Below are positions 61,259 to 64,000 of a stretch of 64,000 nt of DNA, piece after piece. The position numbers and the translations under genes are program-made. The DNA lies in assembly GCA_964016885.1 (NCBI GenBank), contig OZ024743.1:158162001-158226000 (forward strand), given 5' to 3'. A model generated the notes under the pieces. That model worked only from the letters and a program-made list of their open reading frames with translations, ran no database searches and was not told where the DNA came from. Origin of the DNA: Eledone cirrhosa. Its lineage: Eukaryota. Numbering within the stretch: the first letter of the stretch is position 1; every line of letters begins with the position of its first letter.

Positions 61259-63275
61259 TGTGTATTTTCTATGGATTTTATGCCAACCCCTTTTATTGTG
61301 AATAAAATACTATCGAAGGTCATCTATTGAAATGGAATCTGCAGGAGGGCACTTTCACAACCCCTTTCTAAAACTCTCCTTAACCCTTTAATGTTCAAAC
61401 CGGCTAAAACCGGCCAGAATTCTCTACCTTTTTCTGTTGAAACTGGCTGTAACTGGTCACTCAAACAGATGTTAAGGTATTGTTCTCAAAATAAATACTT
61501 TCAAAATCTCATAGATTCGATATTATGTGAGATAATTATCTGAGGTAAAGCCTTTACCATGAAAATATAATAGTATATATAGAGTAATGTGAATGCATTA
61601 ACTTTACCTCAAGGGAACAAATCTGACCATCACATCCAGCTCCCTCACCCCAACACCTCCCAACTCCACTCACAATCAATCATCTTGCTTTTACTATTCA
61701 CTATTTTCTTTCACTTCTTTATGTATATATATATATATATTCTTTAATTCCTTTAAATCTTCATCAACACTCTTTCACTTCCATCCTCATTAACAACCCC
61801 TACACCCAAACATATCCAAATCTCTTATATATAGAGTCACACATCACAACTTGACAATTACCACTAAGGAATGCGATAAAGTTAACCAGGAATCTTTAAA
61901 AAAAAATTCCCACCAAAGTTAACAAAGAACTTACTAGATCTACAAAGCAAAATTGTAAAATTGTAATATTATAAAATTAAATTGTTTAGAACTACAAATG
62001 AAGTAATTCTTTTCCTTTTTTCAAAAATACCTAACTGTACCAAAGATTTCACACTTTTTCCAATATATATATATATATATAGCCCATGCAAACATGGCAT
62101 GGAAAAGTGTATGTAAAAAGGATGATGATGATGATGATGATAACATATGTGTGGGAAGAGGAGTGTGTGTGTGTGTGTAATTAAGTTACATAAGTTACAA
62201 CTTAGAATTGTTTACTCGTTCTAAAAATAAGATACAACAGTAAGGAAATATGGCAGCATAAATAAATGACCAATTCCTCGACCATCCTCTCCATTCTCTT
62301 TCTGTATGTTGTAGTGTATGTGTCTGTGCAAGCGTTTGTAAGAAGGCAGCTGGGAGGGGATGTTACTCAATAACATCCCTTCCCAGCTGCCTTCTCAATT
62401 TCTTTCTTTTTTATTTTTACTCTTTATTTATTTATTTATTTATTTATTCTTGCTTAATGATGGATTCTTCACTGAAAATCTAAACACACATGCTCACACA
62501 CAGAGAGACATTCAAAAACCAGCACACACATACACACACACACACACACATACATACGTACACACTCATAAACACAAACATACACACTGATGCATATTTA
62601 CAAATGTACACTTACAAACACTTGCACAGACACATACACTACAACAGACATACACACACAGACAGACATTCACACACATACACACACACACATAAAAAGA
62701 AACCCTCAGACTTTTTTAACGACTGGAAGAATATTTAGTAAGAATAATATTAGAATTCCTAACTTTTAGGGAGCAGTTTAATGTCGGCTACCTCTGTTAT
62801 CTTCATATCTGAGTTCAAATCACACCAAGATCCACATTGTCTTTCATCCTTCTGAGATTGATAAAATAAAGTATCGGTCAAGTTCTGGGGTTGATATAAA
62901 CAACTTTTTCTCCCCTGTCATAAATTTGCTGGCCTTCTGCCAACATTAGAAACCATTATCGTCATTATTCAAAATATAATCCATGGCGGAAACAGTAGGA
63001 TGATGAACAAAGTCTTTTGCAGCATTTAGTTATGGCCCTTTATGTTCTCAGTCCAATTACAACCATGTTTCTTGTTATTTTACTTCAAAGGCATCCCAAC
63101 TGTAGCATACTAATCTCAATGTATGTACAGGACTGTCTCCATAAGATACTTAAAATAACAGTATTTGTTTGTAAGTATGACAGTAAAATGCTAATAACCT
63201 CTCAGGTTAGTGGACTTGTTATGTAATAAATATTTCTTTCTATGAAAACATCTTCTGAAAGTAAAACAAACTCAC

Positions 63276-63339
63276 CAATCTCGAGCAATGAAGGAAAGCT
63301 CTCTGCCTTCAAAATTAACAGTAACTGAATTTAAGATGG
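63276..63339 (-). CDS. Candidate 64-nt internal exon (ILNSVTVNFEGRELSFIARD)
   Basis: Acceptor cctttcAG and donor TG|GTGAGT. Only one frame is open, and the sequence is unique within the window. Confidence 0.35.
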
Positions 63340-64000
63340 CTGAAAGGTTTCAGAAGGGATCACACAGGAAAGGACTTAGAAAGTATATGTTTCCCTGAGA
63401 GTTTCTTTCTTTCTTTCTTGTCCTTTTTACTGAATTGGTGGTGATATGATCAAATTTTTTTTTATCCCCTTCACATAACAGTTTATGAAATAGAGGAGAA
63501 AATTCATCTAATCTAAAGAGATGGAAGGTAAAATTGGCTTTGGTAAGATTTGAACCCAGGCTGCAAAGAGTCAAATCAAATACATACCGTAAGGTATTCT
63601 ATTCAATGTTCAAATGACTCTGTCAATTCACTGCCTTCACAAGTTTCCATTTCCTACTTCCTGAAACAAAAAGATAAGATAGTCATGTTTAGAATACCTT
63701 TGGGGTTAACCTGGAGCTGATCAACACCAATATCAACTATAATTCACTTTTAAATATATATAATGTTTCTCTGTGGTTCTTATAGTCTGGTTTCAAGTTT
63801 TCCTCATATCATTTGACAAACAAAGCATTGGGAGGACTCTTCGATTATGTCAAAGGTATGACAACCTCACTAGTGTTGGGGATTTACATGACAAATACAA
63901 CCAGTACACATTGTAAGATGGTTGGTGATTGGAAGGGCAAACAAAAAGTATGGAGGACTCTTCATTCGTCATGACAACTTCCCTAGTGTTGATGATTTAC

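Overview
AT-rich, microsatellite-dense eukaryotic DNA made almost entirely of transposable elements. The repeat landscape resembles a cephalopod (octopus-like) genome, which is an inference and was not checked. It contains more than a dozen RTE-type LINE fragments, one family of which carries a PHD-like finger inside the RT region. It also holds a near-complete Penelope-like element (RT + GIY-YIG, one frameshift, pseudo-LTRs) at about 9.4-13.4 kb, a second Penelope RT relic, two tRNA-derived SINE families, Helitron, hAT-like, Mariner and CRE-like relics, and small MITEs. The main signal read directly from the sequence is a dense set of type I hammerhead ribozymes (stem I-CTGAnGA-stem II-GAAA-stem III-TH-stem I'). 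At least five unrelated sequence families have intact cores (8 copies), and there are further mutated, partial or decayed copies. Most lie in short, ORF-less modules next to (TA)n tracts, and several are arranged as fold-back inversions. This suggests a community of non-autonomous ribozyme retroelements (pLTR-derived or retrozyme-like) around Penelope-type machinery. No host gene can be assembled; only a few isolated exon candidates were seen. All folds were worked out by eye.
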